A DNA stretch of 64,000 nt from the NCBI GenBank assembly GCA_030537465.1, contig JAUNMP010000001.1, forward strand, positions 3,170 to 67,169. The letters are read 5' to 3'. How positions within the stretch are numbered: position 1 is the first letter of the stretch; the number at the start of each line of letters is the position of its first letter. This document shows, piece after piece, positions 1 to 9,390 of the stretch. The DNA comes from a bacterium (lineage in GTDB: Bacteria > Verrucomicrobiota > Kiritimatiellia > RFP12 > UBA1067). The notes under the pieces are model-generated. The model had not been told where the DNA came from, ran no database searches, and was given only the letters and a program-made list of their open reading frames with translations. The translations under genes and the position numbers were made by a program.

Positions 1-1
1 C

Positions 2-949
2 AACGGCGGCACGTTCCGCGGTACCAAGACCCACGCCACGGTCTTCGGCGACGGCGTGAACAAGGCGGACGCCGTGACGATCTTCGCCGGCGGCGCTACC
101 GTCGACGTCAACGGCAAGGTGCTCTCCAACGGCTCGGTTCCGTTCTCGAAGCCGGTGGGGAAGGGCGTTGCCTCGATCACGCTTCCGGTCGGCGCGAAGA
201 TCGATGGCTACATTGGGACGCCGAAAGTCTATATCACGGGCGGCGGCGGCGCGGGCGCGACGGCGCACTGTGCGTTCAATCCTCAGACCGGTCGGATTGG
301 ACCGATTACGGTCGTCTCGCCAGGCTGGGGCTACACGAGCACGCCGACGGTCACGGTCAAGAGCGGGGATCGAGCCAGCACGTTGACCTGCACGGCGACG
401 CTCACGGAGGGCGACGTTCCGTCGGGTGGACTGACGGTGACGGATTCGAGCGACGCGAAAAACGGTGTCTTCACGCTGACGGCCACCAATACCTACGCGG
501 GGCCGACGGTCGTCGCGGGCGGCACGCTCAAGATCGCCACGGTGGACGCCTTGCCGGCGAACGGCGAAGTCCGTTGCGCAGGGGGCACGCTTGACCTCAA
601 CAACCTCGGCACGCTGACTTTCGACGCGTTTGGCGGTTTCGGTTCCGTCATCAACGGCAATGTCGTTGCAAAATCGCTTGCGTTCACGGCCGAAGGCTGC
701 AGTCAGCCGCTGAACGTTTCCGGCACGCTGACGCTGTCCGACGCGGCGACGGTAAACGTCTCGGGCGTCACGCCGTCCTTTGAGACGAAGAAGTACGTGC
801 TGCTCACGGCGACCGGAGGCATCACCGGCTCCGTGGGCGAGGTGACGGGCTTCGAAGCCTTCGAGCATCCGAACCTCTGGCGTGTCTCGAAGAGCGGCAA
901 CTCCATCATTCTGACGTACTCGCGCGGTACCAACATCATTCTGCGTTAA
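2..949 (+). CDS. C-terminal fragment of a large surface protein with autotransporter-associated beta-strand (PATR) repeats; the 5' end lies upstream of the window
   Basis: The ORF is open from nt 2 in the same frame as the listed 56..949 ORF. Repeats of the form TLTATNTYAGPTVVAGGTLKIAT and GTLDLNNLGTLTF match the passenger-associated transport repeat. Composition is Gly/Thr-rich and codon usage matches the rest of the window. Confidence 0.5.
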   Translation, partial: NGGTFRGTKTHATVFGDGVNKADAVTIFAGGATVDVNGKVLSNGSVPFSKPVGKGVASITLPVGAKIDGYIGTPKVYITGGGGAGATAHCAFNPQTGRIGPITVVSPGWGYTSTPTVTVKSGDRASTLTCTATLTEGDVPSGGLTVTDSSDAKNGVFTLTATNTYAGPTVVAGGTLKIATVDALPANGEVRCAGGTLDLNNLGTLTFDAFGGFGSVINGNVVAKSLAFTAEGCSQPLNVSGTLTLSDAATVNVSGVTPSFETKKYVLLTATGGITGSVGEVTGFEAFEHPNLWRVSKSGNSIILTYSRGTNIILR

Positions 950-974
950 ATTTAAACAAGGAGAAATCCACATT

Positions 975-2717
975 ATGAAGACACGATTCCTCGGCGGCGT
1001 TCTACTCTCTCTTGCCGCGTCTGTCGGACTCCAGTCCGTCGCTGCACCCTACATCCCTGAACCTGTGCCCGTGCCGACAAAGGACGGCGTCGAGGTGACG
1101 GCCGTCTACTACCCCGGCACGGACTGGATGGCCGAGTGGGACATGGTCGACCAGGTCTATCCGCACATCAAGCCGACGCTCGGCTGGTATGACGAAGGCC
1201 ATCCAGAGAACATCGACTGGCAGATCAAGTGGGCCGTCGAGCACGGCGTGACGAGCTTCCTCGTGGACTGGTACTGGTGCAAGGGCGTGCAACGCCTCGA
1301 CCACTGGGTGAAGGCCTATCCGAAGGCGAAGTTCGCCAAGCATCTCAAATGGTACATGAACTGGTGCAACCACAACGAGCCGGGTGCACACAGCGTGGCG
1401 GACCAGATCGCGGTGACGAAGTGGTGGATCGACAACTACTTCAAGGAGGACTACTACTACAAGGACGCGAAGGGGCGTCCGCTCGTCGTGATCTGGGAAT
1501 GGACGAACCTCGAGCGCGACTTCCGCGCGATCGCCGAGAAGAACGGCGAGACGAATCTGCCGCCCGGCGAAGGACTCAAGCGCGCGCTCGACATCTCCCG
1601 CAAGCTGGCGAAGGAGGCGGGGCTGCCCGGCATCCAGTTCACGTGTTTCGGGAACGGAGGACGTCCGAAACCCGAGCAGATGAAGGCGCTGCACCATGCC
1701 GGCATCGAGGAGCTCTTCCAGTACAACGTCGCCTGGCCGCATCAGCTCCGGGAGTCCATGCCGCCCGAGACGCGGAAGCGTCTCGAGTCCACGCCGAACT
1801 GGTGGAAGTCGCCGTGGCGCTACGACTTCGCGCTGTCGCGCGAGGCGTCCTACAACTGGTGGAAGAAGAACTGGGACAAGGACGACATTCCGTTCTGGCC
1901 GACGCTCGCGACAGGCTGGAATTCCACGCCGCGCGATTTCGGCGCCGCAAACTACGTGACGAACCGCACGGTTGCAGAGTTCCGGAAGGTCTGCGAAGAG
2001 GCGAAGCGTTTCAGCGTCGACACGGGATGCAAGCGCATTGTGATCGGGCCGATGAACGAATGGCAGGAGGGCAGCTATGTCGAGCCGAACGCCGAATACG
2101 GGTTCGCGCTCTACGACCAGATCCGCGACGTCTTCTGCGCGAAGCCGGCGGCCGGCTGGCCGAAGAACCTGACACCGCAGGATATCAACCGCCCGAATCC
2201 GCAGTTCCCGCCGATGCCGTTCTATGACCGCACGAGCTGGGATTTTGCGGATGGCCATCAGGGCTGGTATCGGAATCCGTACGGTACACAGACAATCTGG
2301 CCGCATGACGGCGAGATCGAGTTCTTCCGTACGTGCGCGCAGCGTACGCCGGTCGCGATCCGGACGCGTCCGAAACCGTTTGCCGCTGCGCCGTTCACCT
2401 GCTTCAAGGTGATGATGCGTCTCAAGCCGAACCTCGGCCGCGGCGAGAAGTTCAAGCCGAAGGGCGACGAGGTCGTGCGCCTCATGTGGGGCCGCGTCGG
2501 ACATCCGATCCTCCGGAAGGACCCGGCGTCTCCGACGGTGAAGGCCGACATCTCCGCCCAGTCCTCCGCCAAGGCCGTGCTCGACGGCCAGTGGCACGAG
2601 TACACGCTGCCGCTCGCGGGCAATCCGAACTGGAACGGCACGGTCGACGATCTCTGGTTCGACCCGTCGGACCTGCTGTATGTGAACGCCGAGATCGACT
2701 GGATGCGCTTTGAGTAG
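975..2717 (+). CDS. Secreted WbsX-like / GH99-like domain protein with a C-terminal beta-sandwich extension (putative glycan-active enzyme)
   Basis: N-terminal signal peptide (MKTRFLGGVLLSLAASVGLQSVAA). VTAVYYPGTDWMAEWDMV resembles the WbsX/GH99-like start (FYLPQFHP..WW) and Trp-rich motifs (VDWYWCKG) are present. RBS AAGGAGAAA precedes the ATG at 975. The family assignment is by eye only. Confidence 0.45.
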   Translation: MKTRFLGGVLLSLAASVGLQSVAAPYIPEPVPVPTKDGVEVTAVYYPGTDWMAEWDMVDQVYPHIKPTLGWYDEGHPENIDWQIKWAVEHGVTSFLVDWYWCKGVQRLDHWVKAYPKAKFAKHLKWYMNWCNHNEPGAHSVADQIAVTKWWIDNYFKEDYYYKDAKGRPLVVIWEWTNLERDFRAIAEKNGETNLPPGEGLKRALDISRKLAKEAGLPGIQFTCFGNGGRPKPEQMKALHHAGIEELFQYNVAWPHQLRESMPPETRKRLESTPNWWKSPWRYDFALSREASYNWWKKNWDKDDIPFWPTLATGWNSTPRDFGAANYVTNRTVAEFRKVCEEAKRFSVDTGCKRIVIGPMNEWQEGSYVEPNAEYGFALYDQIRDVFCAKPAAGWPKNLTPQDINRPNPQFPPMPFYDRTSWDFADGHQGWYRNPYGTQTIWPHDGEIEFFRTCAQRTPVAIRTRPKPFAAAPFTCFKVMMRLKPNLGRGEKFKPKGDEVVRLMWGRVGHPILRKDPASPTVKADISAQSSAKAVLDGQWHEYTLPLAGNPNWNGTVDDLWFDPSDLLYVNAEIDWMRFE

Positions 2718-2840
2718 GTTGAGAGGGTTGATAAGGTTGAGTAGGTGAGAAAAATTGTAAAATAGTTGAGGAAGTACAGATTTTTGGAGTATCTTGTCGA
2801 TCACGTAGTGTTTTGATATACTTTTTTCCGATGGGAAAGA

Positions 2841-4082
2841 ATGAATGCGAACACTTTTTGTGGGATGAAAATGATAACTGAAGATATGCTTCCTCTTTTT
2901 AAGACGTCGGATCGTCTGGTCGAAGACGTTTCGATGGATTTCAAGCGCTACTTGATGCACGAGATCGACTGGAACAACCGGTTGATTTGCATCAAGGGCG
3001 CACGTGGTGTCGGCAAAACGACGATTCTGAAGCAGCATCTCAAAGAAGCGTTTGGTGTTGGGAGCGACAAGGCGCTGTATGTCAGCCTGGATGATCTTTG
3101 GTTTTCGCGCCATTCGATTCTGGATGTCGCGTCCTATCTGTATGATCACGGGTATACGCACCTCTATATCGACGAGATCCATCACTTCGGCAGGAACTGG
3201 CAGCTTCTCGTCAAGAACCTTTACGATCAGTTTCCCAAGCTCAATATCGTCTATTCGGGTTCGTCCCTGTTGAAGTTGGAGGAAGGCAAGGGTGACTTGT
3301 CGCGGCGGCTGATGACCTATGAGCTGAAAGGTCTGTCATTCCGCGAGTTCTTGGCTTTTGAAGGGGTGAAGGAGATTGAACCGATAGGCATGGACGAACT
3401 TCTGGTCGACCATCGCAAACTGGCTGCCCGGATTACGTCAGGAATCAAGATCATTCCGCTTTTTGAGCGATATCGGGAGTCTGGCTATTATCCGTTTTAT
3501 CGTGAACCGGGTTCGGGATACGGGTTGCGCGTGAAGGAGACGGTGAATAAGATCCTGGAGGTGGACTATCCTGCGGTTGAACAGGTCTCGCAGGAAACGA
3601 TCATGAAGGCCAAGAAGATGCTGATGGTCATTGCCGAGAGTGTGCCGCAGCAACCCAACATGAAGCGACTCTACACGGAGCTTGAAACGGACCGCAACCA
3701 GGGGCTGAGAATGCTTTCTGCGCTTGATCGGGCTGGACTGCTTGCGCTCGTTCCCCCCAAGGGAGAGACGCTGAAGAACCTGTCCAAGCCGGAGAAAATC
3801 TACTGTGGCAACGCCAATCTGATGTACGCGCTCGCGTCACGAGTTTCAATTGGGACTGTCCGTGAGACGCTTTTCTTCGATCAGGTGAGAAAAGACCATA
3901 AAGTTGCCTATTCGGGGGTCGGCGATTTTCTTGTGGACGGACAGTGGACCTTTGAAATCGGTGGTGCGGGCAAGGGATTTGAGCAGATTAAAGATGTCCC
4001 CAATAGTTTTGTCGCCTGCGATGATATGGAAATCGGGATCGGAAACAAGATTCCGCTTTGGCTCTTTGGATTTCTCTACTGA
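2841..4082 (+). CDS. AAA+ ATPase, DUF4143-type (AAA_14 + DUF4143), Bacteroidetes-like, located in a low-GC island
   Basis: Walker A motif GARGVGKTT and Walker B motif HLYIDEIH. The overall architecture is typical of the abundant ATP-binding DUF4143 proteins. Local GC is about 48% against about 64% in the flanks. The true start may be ATG 2868 (MKMITEDM). Confidence 0.75.
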   Translation: MNANTFCGMKMITEDMLPLFKTSDRLVEDVSMDFKRYLMHEIDWNNRLICIKGARGVGKTTILKQHLKEAFGVGSDKALYVSLDDLWFSRHSILDVASYLYDHGYTHLYIDEIHHFGRNWQLLVKNLYDQFPKLNIVYSGSSLLKLEEGKGDLSRRLMTYELKGLSFREFLAFEGVKEIEPIGMDELLVDHRKLAARITSGIKIIPLFERYRESGYYPFYREPGSGYGLRVKETVNKILEVDYPAVEQVSQETIMKAKKMLMVIAESVPQQPNMKRLYTELETDRNQGLRMLSALDRAGLLALVPPKGETLKNLSKPEKIYCGNANLMYALASRVSIGTVRETLFFDQVRKDHKVAYSGVGDFLVDGQWTFEIGGAGKGFEQIKDVPNSFVACDDMEIGIGNKIPLWLFGFLY

Positions 4083-4158
4083 AGGGGAATCCATGGCCTT
4101 CGATGGGTGATGGATGTCGAGTGCCGAATTTTGAATAGTGAAGAACGAAGGAGTTTCA

Positions 4159-6795
4159 ATGAAGCGTATTGTTGTGATGGCTGTCGGCCTGATCGGGATG
4201 GTTGCCTGTGGCGTGGAGATCAATTCGCTCACGCTCAAGGCCTCGTTCGACGATGCGGCGAAGGGGCGGTTGACGTCTCTGGAGGATGCGCATGGGCAGG
4301 AATACGTCTCGGCGCGGAACGTCGATTCTGCGCTCTGGAACGTCGAGGCCTGCCGGACGACGGACTTCACGCAGAAGCGTACCATCCGGGCCAACGAGGC
4401 GAAGAACTTCTTCGTCCAATGGACGGGCGAACGCGTGCTCCAGCTCGTCTGGGAGGATGTTGGGGACTGTGTGGCGCGCGCTGTCGCGACGTTTACCATC
4501 AAGCCGGACGATCCTGCCATCCGCTGCCGGATCGCGGTGACCCCCAAGGCGGGGTGGGCGCTCGTCGAGACGCAGTTTCCGCGCTTCGCGATGAATGAAT
4601 GCCTGGGGACGACGCCGACAGACGATGCGGTCGTAATGGGCACGGGGCATGGCGGACTCGTCCGCTATCCGATGAACCCGAACCGTGAGTACTGGCGCAG
4701 CCGCCATGTGGGGCATTCGCCAGGCAATCTCGTTGCACAGTTCGGCAGCTTCTTCGACGACCGCGGCGGTCTCTTTACGATGGCAGAGGACGCCGAGGGC
4801 AACGAGAAGGAGCTTCTGATGGACCGCTGGTGGCGGAAAGACCGTCCGGACGGCACATTCTACGGCGGCGACTTCCTCTTCCGCTGGAGCCGGTTCGAGT
4901 ATTCCGAAACCACGGACGAGCAGCCCTACGACATCCTCCTGCGCGGATTCTGGAATCCCGACGGCGAGGAGACGACCTGGTACGACGCGGCCGACCTCTA
5001 CAAGGCCTGGGCGAAGAAGCAGTTCTGGTGCGCGAAGACCTTCCTCGAAAAGTCCGAGTTGCCGGCCTGGACGCGCGAGGCGCCGGTGATGATGCGCTTC
5101 AACCGCGAGTGGTTCGACCGGCCAGCGTTCATGAAGGACTGGCTCGAGAACTACTGGACGAAGAACTTCCCGGGCGTTCCGCTTCTGGCAACGATGGAGG
5201 GCTGGGAGCATCATGGCGACTGGATCACCACGGAATACTTCCCAATGTATCCGAGCGAGGAGAAGTTCGCGGAAATCATGACATGGGTGAAGGCGGCGAA
5301 TGGACACTTCTGGCCCTGGCCGGGCGGACACCACTGGAATGTGCAGGTTGGGCTGAAGGACGACGGCACCTACCGGCTCGACTTCTCGAAGGGGTTCTGG
5401 CCGGAGGCCTCGAAGCACGCGGTGCTCAATCCCGACGGCAAGGTCCGCTTCGACAAGCTCGGCTGGCTGGGCGGCGGCAAGTCGGCATCAATGTGCCCGG
5501 GCGATCCCTGGAGCGTCGACTGGTGGAACCGCGACGTTGCGTGCGAGCTCGTGAAGCGCGGGGCCGATCTCGTGCAGGCCGACCAGGACGTCGGCGCGCG
5601 CGTGCCGACCTGCTGGTCACGCGAGCATGGCCACAAGCCGGGACCGGGCAAGTGGGCGATGGCGGCGCAGCGGCACCAGTTCGAGACAATGCTCGCGGAG
5701 ATGCGGAAGCTCAATCCCGGGGCGATGTTCTCCTTCGAGGAGATGCATGAGTTCTTCACCGACATCTACGCCTTCGCGGACTACCGCAACTGCCGGTGGC
5801 CGGGTCCGGAGTGGGCGAGCGTCTACAATTACCTCTACCATGAGTACACGGTCCAGTTCCAGAGCGGTGCAGAACAGTACACGCGTCCCTATTGGCTTGC
5901 GTTCTGCGCGGCTGATGGACAGATGCCGCGTCTGCCGGTGACGACCGGCTACTATGGGGAGAAGGGGGCGTCTCTGTTCCCCAATGGCGGCTTCGAGGCT
6001 TTGACCGAGGGCGGTCATGGGTTCGCCTTCTGGGAGAAGCCCGAAACGCATGACGTGGTGACGAACGACGTGAAGGAAGGACGGTATGCTCTCCGCGTGG
6101 CGACGACCGGCAAGCGGTCCCAGGTGGCGCGCAGCATCCCCGTCGACACGTTCTGGAAGCCGGGCACGGTGTATCGCGTGACGGCGTGGCTGAAGGGCGA
6201 GACCGACAATCCGGCGAACAACTTCGCCGCGAGCGCGATTGCGTCCGTCAACGGAAAGTACAAGGGATTCGGCGGCGTCGACTTCCGGGTACCGAAGGCT
6301 GCGGAGGGCTGGCGGAAGGTGTCCGCGACGTTTGAAATCAAGCAGGGGGCGCAGAATCTCCGCTTCATGCTGAACGCGAATGGCAAGACTTCGTTCCTCG
6401 TCGACGGCATCACGTTCGAGGAGAAGCAGTCCGACGGCACGTTCGCTCCCGTGGCCCGCAAGGCCGGCAATGCGGAGATTGTGCGCGACTTCTCCGAGCG
6501 GTGGATTCGTCTCTGGACGGGCGAGGGGCGCAAGTGGCTTGCCTATGGCCGCCAGCTGCACCCGCCGAAGATCGAGTGCGACTCGGTGGCCTACCATGAG
6601 AACTTCCGCGGTACGAACATCGACAATGTCAAGCCGGTCGTGTTTGGAACAGCTTGGGAGGCGGTCGACGGCACGCGGGCGCTCATGTTCGCCAACGCGA
6701 CGCCGTATGAACAGAAGATTGCCTACCGCTGGAACGGCAAATGGACGAGGACGACGTTCCTGCCATACGAACTCCGTCTCGTCCCGCAAAAGTGA
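4159..6795 (+). CDS. Secreted putative glycoside hydrolase (unknown family) with a C-terminal CBM4_9-like carbohydrate-binding module
   Basis: AAGGAG RBS at 4148-4153 with a 5-nt spacer to ATG 4159 (MKRIVVMAVGLIGMVACG signal or lipoprotein peptide). The C-terminal GGFEALTEGGHGFAFWEKP...YRVTAWLKGE...FLVDGITFEE matches a CBM_4_9 module. The catalytic region is Trp/aromatic-rich with no recognisable family. Confidence 0.55.
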   Translation: MKRIVVMAVGLIGMVACGVEINSLTLKASFDDAAKGRLTSLEDAHGQEYVSARNVDSALWNVEACRTTDFTQKRTIRANEAKNFFVQWTGERVLQLVWEDVGDCVARAVATFTIKPDDPAIRCRIAVTPKAGWALVETQFPRFAMNECLGTTPTDDAVVMGTGHGGLVRYPMNPNREYWRSRHVGHSPGNLVAQFGSFFDDRGGLFTMAEDAEGNEKELLMDRWWRKDRPDGTFYGGDFLFRWSRFEYSETTDEQPYDILLRGFWNPDGEETTWYDAADLYKAWAKKQFWCAKTFLEKSELPAWTREAPVMMRFNREWFDRPAFMKDWLENYWTKNFPGVPLLATMEGWEHHGDWITTEYFPMYPSEEKFAEIMTWVKAANGHFWPWPGGHHWNVQVGLKDDGTYRLDFSKGFWPEASKHAVLNPDGKVRFDKLGWLGGGKSASMCPGDPWSVDWWNRDVACELVKRGADLVQADQDVGARVPTCWSREHGHKPGPGKWAMAAQRHQFETMLAEMRKLNPGAMFSFEEMHEFFTDIYAFADYRNCRWPGPEWASVYNYLYHEYTVQFQSGAEQYTRPYWLAFCAADGQMPRLPVTTGYYGEKGASLFPNGGFEALTEGGHGFAFWEKPETHDVVTNDVKEGRYALRVATTGKRSQVARSIPVDTFWKPGTVYRVTAWLKGETDNPANNFAASAIASVNGKYKGFGGVDFRVPKAAEGWRKVSATFEIKQGAQNLRFMLNANGKTSFLVDGITFEEKQSDGTFAPVARKAGNAEIVRDFSERWIRLWTGEGRKWLAYGRQLHPPKIECDSVAYHENFRGTNIDNVKPVVFGTAWEAVDGTRALMFANATPYEQKIAYRWNGKWTRTTFLPYELRLVPQK

Positions 6796-6806
6796 GGAGT
6801 CTGAAC

Positions 6807-8084
6807 ATGGATCTTTCAAGACGTGGTTTCATTGGTGGTGCGGCGAGTCTGTTCGCCTTGTCGCAGTGCGTGGCCGAAGGGATGGTGGGACCGGATCCCA
6901 GGGTGTCCGAGGAATGTCGGGCGCGGGGCGGCGTGCCGAATGTGCTGGCGAAACTCAAGGCGGGGGAGACCGTCCGCATCGCCTATCTGGGCGGAAGCAT
7001 CACGGAGGCGAATCCCGGCTGGCGCGCAATGACGCTCGCGTGGTTTCGGGAGCGGTTCCCCCAGGCGAAAGTCGAGGAGATCAACGCGTCCATCTCGGGA
7101 ACGGGCAGCGACTACGGCGCCTGCCGTCTGCCGGGGGACGTTCTGGTGAAGAATCCAGACCTTCTCTTTGTCGAATTCCGCGTGAACGGATCCGCCGGCT
7201 ACGACTACCAGAGCGTGGAGGGCATCATCCGCCAGACTTGGGCGGCAAATCCCAGAATCGACATCTGCTTCATCTACACACTCTGCGAACCGATGCTGAA
7301 GGACCTCTCCGCCGGACGGCAGACCGGATTTGGCGTGGCGATGGAGAACCTCTGCAACCACTACGGGATCCCCTCGATCGACTACGGCCCCGAGATCACG
7401 AAGCGTCTCGCCGCGGGCGCGCTCCTCTTCAAGCCCACAAAGAATGCCCTCAAGCCCGAGGCGAACCAGCATGCGGACGCGAAACGGAACTACGAGGGGA
7501 ACGTACTTGTCTTCTCGCGCGATGGATGCCATCCTGTGAAGGAGGGGCATGAGATCTACCGTGACGTCGTCGCCCGTTCGATGGAGGGGAAGATATTCCC
7601 CGTGTCCGGACCGTCCGTCGCCCACATGATGCCGGCACCCCTCTCGAAGAGCCCGTGGCTGGCGGCCGAATTGGTCCCCAGCGCCGAGATGCTGAAGGGC
7701 GAGATCTGGAAGCCAGTTGATCTTGAGAAGGATCCTGTCTACCGCGCGACCTACGGGCGCACGCACCGGATGCTCCGCGGTGGCGTGTGGACCGATCGGG
7801 AGGGGACGTCGATCACGCTGAAGTGGACGGGCAACACGATCGGATTCAGCGACATCCCGCAGAGCCGCGAGGAGCCGATGGAGCTCGAGGTCTCCGTGGA
7901 TGGTGGCAAGCCGTTCACAATGACGCGTCGCCGCACGATGGAAGCGCACATCTATTCACGGTTCTGGTACCTCCCGGAGCAGGTCTGGGGCGAGCACATC
8001 GTGAAGGTGACGCTCAAGAAGCTTCCCGCGGGACAGCGCTGGATCGTGGGGCAGTTCCTGGTCGTCGGCAAGCTCACCCGCTGA
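6807..8084 (+). CDS. TAT-exported SGNH/GDSL-family hydrolase (probable carbohydrate esterase)
   Basis: TAT signal MDLSRRGFIGGAASLFALSQC. GDSL block IAYLGGSITE. GAGGAG RBS at 6794-6799 before ATG 6807. The listed 6741 start overlaps the upstream gene and is rejected. Confidence 0.7.
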   Translation: MDLSRRGFIGGAASLFALSQCVAEGMVGPDPRVSEECRARGGVPNVLAKLKAGETVRIAYLGGSITEANPGWRAMTLAWFRERFPQAKVEEINASISGTGSDYGACRLPGDVLVKNPDLLFVEFRVNGSAGYDYQSVEGIIRQTWAANPRIDICFIYTLCEPMLKDLSAGRQTGFGVAMENLCNHYGIPSIDYGPEITKRLAAGALLFKPTKNALKPEANQHADAKRNYEGNVLVFSRDGCHPVKEGHEIYRDVVARSMEGKIFPVSGPSVAHMMPAPLSKSPWLAAELVPSAEMLKGEIWKPVDLEKDPVYRATYGRTHRMLRGGVWTDREGTSITLKWTGNTIGFSDIPQSREEPMELEVSVDGGKPFTMTRRRTMEAHIYSRFWYLPEQVWGEHIVKVTLKKLPAGQRWIVGQFLVVGKLTR

Positions 8085-8092
8085 GAAGATAA

Positions 8093-8138
8093 AGCAGGCC
8101 TCGCACCGGGGTCGAGATGCGAGGCCTGCAGATTGTGT
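8093..8138. terminator. Bidirectional rho-independent-type hairpin between convergent genes
   Basis: Perfect 12-bp inverted repeat gcaggcctcgca ... tgcgaggcctgc with a 22-nt loop. It lies in the 72-bp gap between the stop of the + gene (8084) and the stop of the - gene (8157). Confidence 0.5.
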
Positions 8139-8156
8139 TGAATCGGTCTTTGGGGA

Positions 8157-8987
8157 TTAGAACGAGAACGTGCAGTTCACGCCGCCCCAGACCAGCTGGT
8201 CCTTGCCGCAGCCCATGTAGTCGAGATGACGCAGGGTGTGGGAGGGAATCCAGGTGTAGTTGATCTGCGCGCCGACGGAGATGTTGTCCGTGATGGCATA
8301 GGCCGCGGCGACACCGATCGTGGAGTCGGTCAGTTCCGTTCCGGCGTCCACGCCCGTGACGTATTCGCTCCAGGCGTTGTCGCCGAAGCCGAGCGAGGCG
8401 GACGGGGTGATCGTCAGCTTGTCGACCGGTTCGAACTCGTGGGAGATGCCGAACGTGAAGTAGACCACGGAGGGGTCGGCGTCATGCGCGGAGTTGTAGT
8501 TCCAGTACGCGGCGGCGCTCGGCGTGATGATGTCGTTGTTGTAGGCAACGGACGCGTAGAGGTCCTGGTCGGAGGAGCCGTTGTTCTTCGGGAACGTGTA
8601 GAAGATTTGCCCAAGCTCGAAGTCGAAGTCCTTCACGCTGATTGAATAGGTGAGCGTGTAGTCGATCTCCTGGAGTCCGCAGGCCTGACGGCTGTTCGTC
8701 GCCGTGCCACGCTTGTGTGTGAGGTCGTAGGACTGCCAGATGTTGGCGGCGAAGGCCCCGTAGTCGCCCGTGTCGTATCCGAGCGTGAGGGACGGCTGCC
8801 AGACGGGATTCCCGTTGCAGATCGTGCCACGCCACATGTAGTCGCTCAGCACGTCCATGGAGAACTCGACGGACAGTCCGGCGGAGTCCACCTCCTCGAG
8901 CTCGTTCGTGGTCGCCTCCGCGGCCTTGGCGCCGCACGCGCAGAGAAGTGCCGTTGCCGCCGCCAGTGTGAATCTTGTCGCATTCAT
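8157..8987 (-). CDS. TorF-family putative outer-membrane porin (Gcw_chp / TIGR02001-like beta-barrel)
   Basis: Signal peptide MNATRFTLAAATALLCACGA. The alternating beta-strand pattern with DYMWRGT and VWQPSLTLGYD matches the TorF/Gcw_chp family signature (DYvfRGiSqt). Ends in an aromatic residue (TFSF). Start chosen at ATG 8987 (8993 is also possible). It is divergent from the TRAP operon. Confidence 0.55.
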   Translation of the reverse strand: MNATRFTLAAATALLCACGAKAAEATTNELEEVDSAGLSVEFSMDVLSDYMWRGTICNGNPVWQPSLTLGYDTGDYGAFAANIWQSYDLTHKRGTATNSRQACGLQEIDYTLTYSISVKDFDFELGQIFYTFPKNNGSSDQDLYASVAYNNDIITPSAAAYWNYNSAHDADPSVVYFTFGISHEFEPVDKLTITPSASLGFGDNAWSEYVTGVDAGTELTDSTIGVAAAYAITDNISVGAQINYTWIPSHTLRHLDYMGCGKDQLVWGGVNCTFSF

Positions 8988-9308
8988 GGTCATTGTCCTT
9001 CTTTGTGTTTTGCAGTGTCGTTGGTTGGATTTTGAACGACGCCAGATATCTAGCACAAACCGTGCCAAATCCCCGAACAGGCTTTTTCGACTGTGGAAGA
9101 AGGGGGCCGGAAGGGGCTATATTACACATTTTGTTGGTTGCTTGAGCAACAGGTTTAAAAAGTGTTAAACCGCATGCTACAAGTTCTTGCAATGGGTTGC
9201 AGACTTTGTACATCCCGTGTAACGGGTCTTGAAAATCGCGTGCCGGAGCCGAAAATCGGCGGATTGGACGGGTGCAAGTGGAACTACGCACACGTGTACG
9301 CGAGACTT

Positions 9309-9324
9309 TGGCACGGTCCTTGCT
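9309..9324 (+). promoter_or_regulatory. sigma-54 (RpoN) -24/-12 promoter upstream of the TRAP-eut operon
   Basis: TGGCACggtccTTGCT is an exact match to the TGGCAC-N5-TTGCW consensus. It sits 67 nt upstream of the dctP-like ATG (9391). DctP-type transporters are classically sigma-54/NtrC-family regulated. Confidence 0.5.
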
Positions 9325-9390
9325 AAAAGTGGTGCGTCGTTCAAGGGCGTCCGATGTGCGGAGGCCGAACGACACAAGGAGAAAGACAAG

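Noticed and set aside
168-386. Numerous 60-130-aa ORFs nested within or antisense to large genes (for example 168..386, 1229..2227, 4830..5750, 6380..7552)
   Set aside because: They are alternative-frame products of GC-rich coding DNA. Most are R/P/A/S-rich, with no RBS or start context, and overlap confidently called genes.
1002-3185. 727-aa ORF on the - strand
   Set aside because: Arg/Pro/Leu-rich, low-complexity translation typical of antisense frames in GC-rich DNA. It overlaps a well-supported + strand gene (signal peptide, domain motifs) and crosses the low-GC island without a change in character.
4138-4158. Upstream ATG 4138 for the CBM-containing hydrolase
   Set aside because: That ATG contains the AAGGAG Shine-Dalgarno, which serves ATG 4159 with a 5-nt spacer. 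The signal peptide starts at M4159.
6741-6806. N-terminal extension of the SGNH hydrolase ORF (start at 6741)
   Set aside because: It would overlap the upstream gene by 55 nt and place the TAT motif internally. ATG 6807 has a GAGGAG RBS and begins exactly at the twin-arginine signal.
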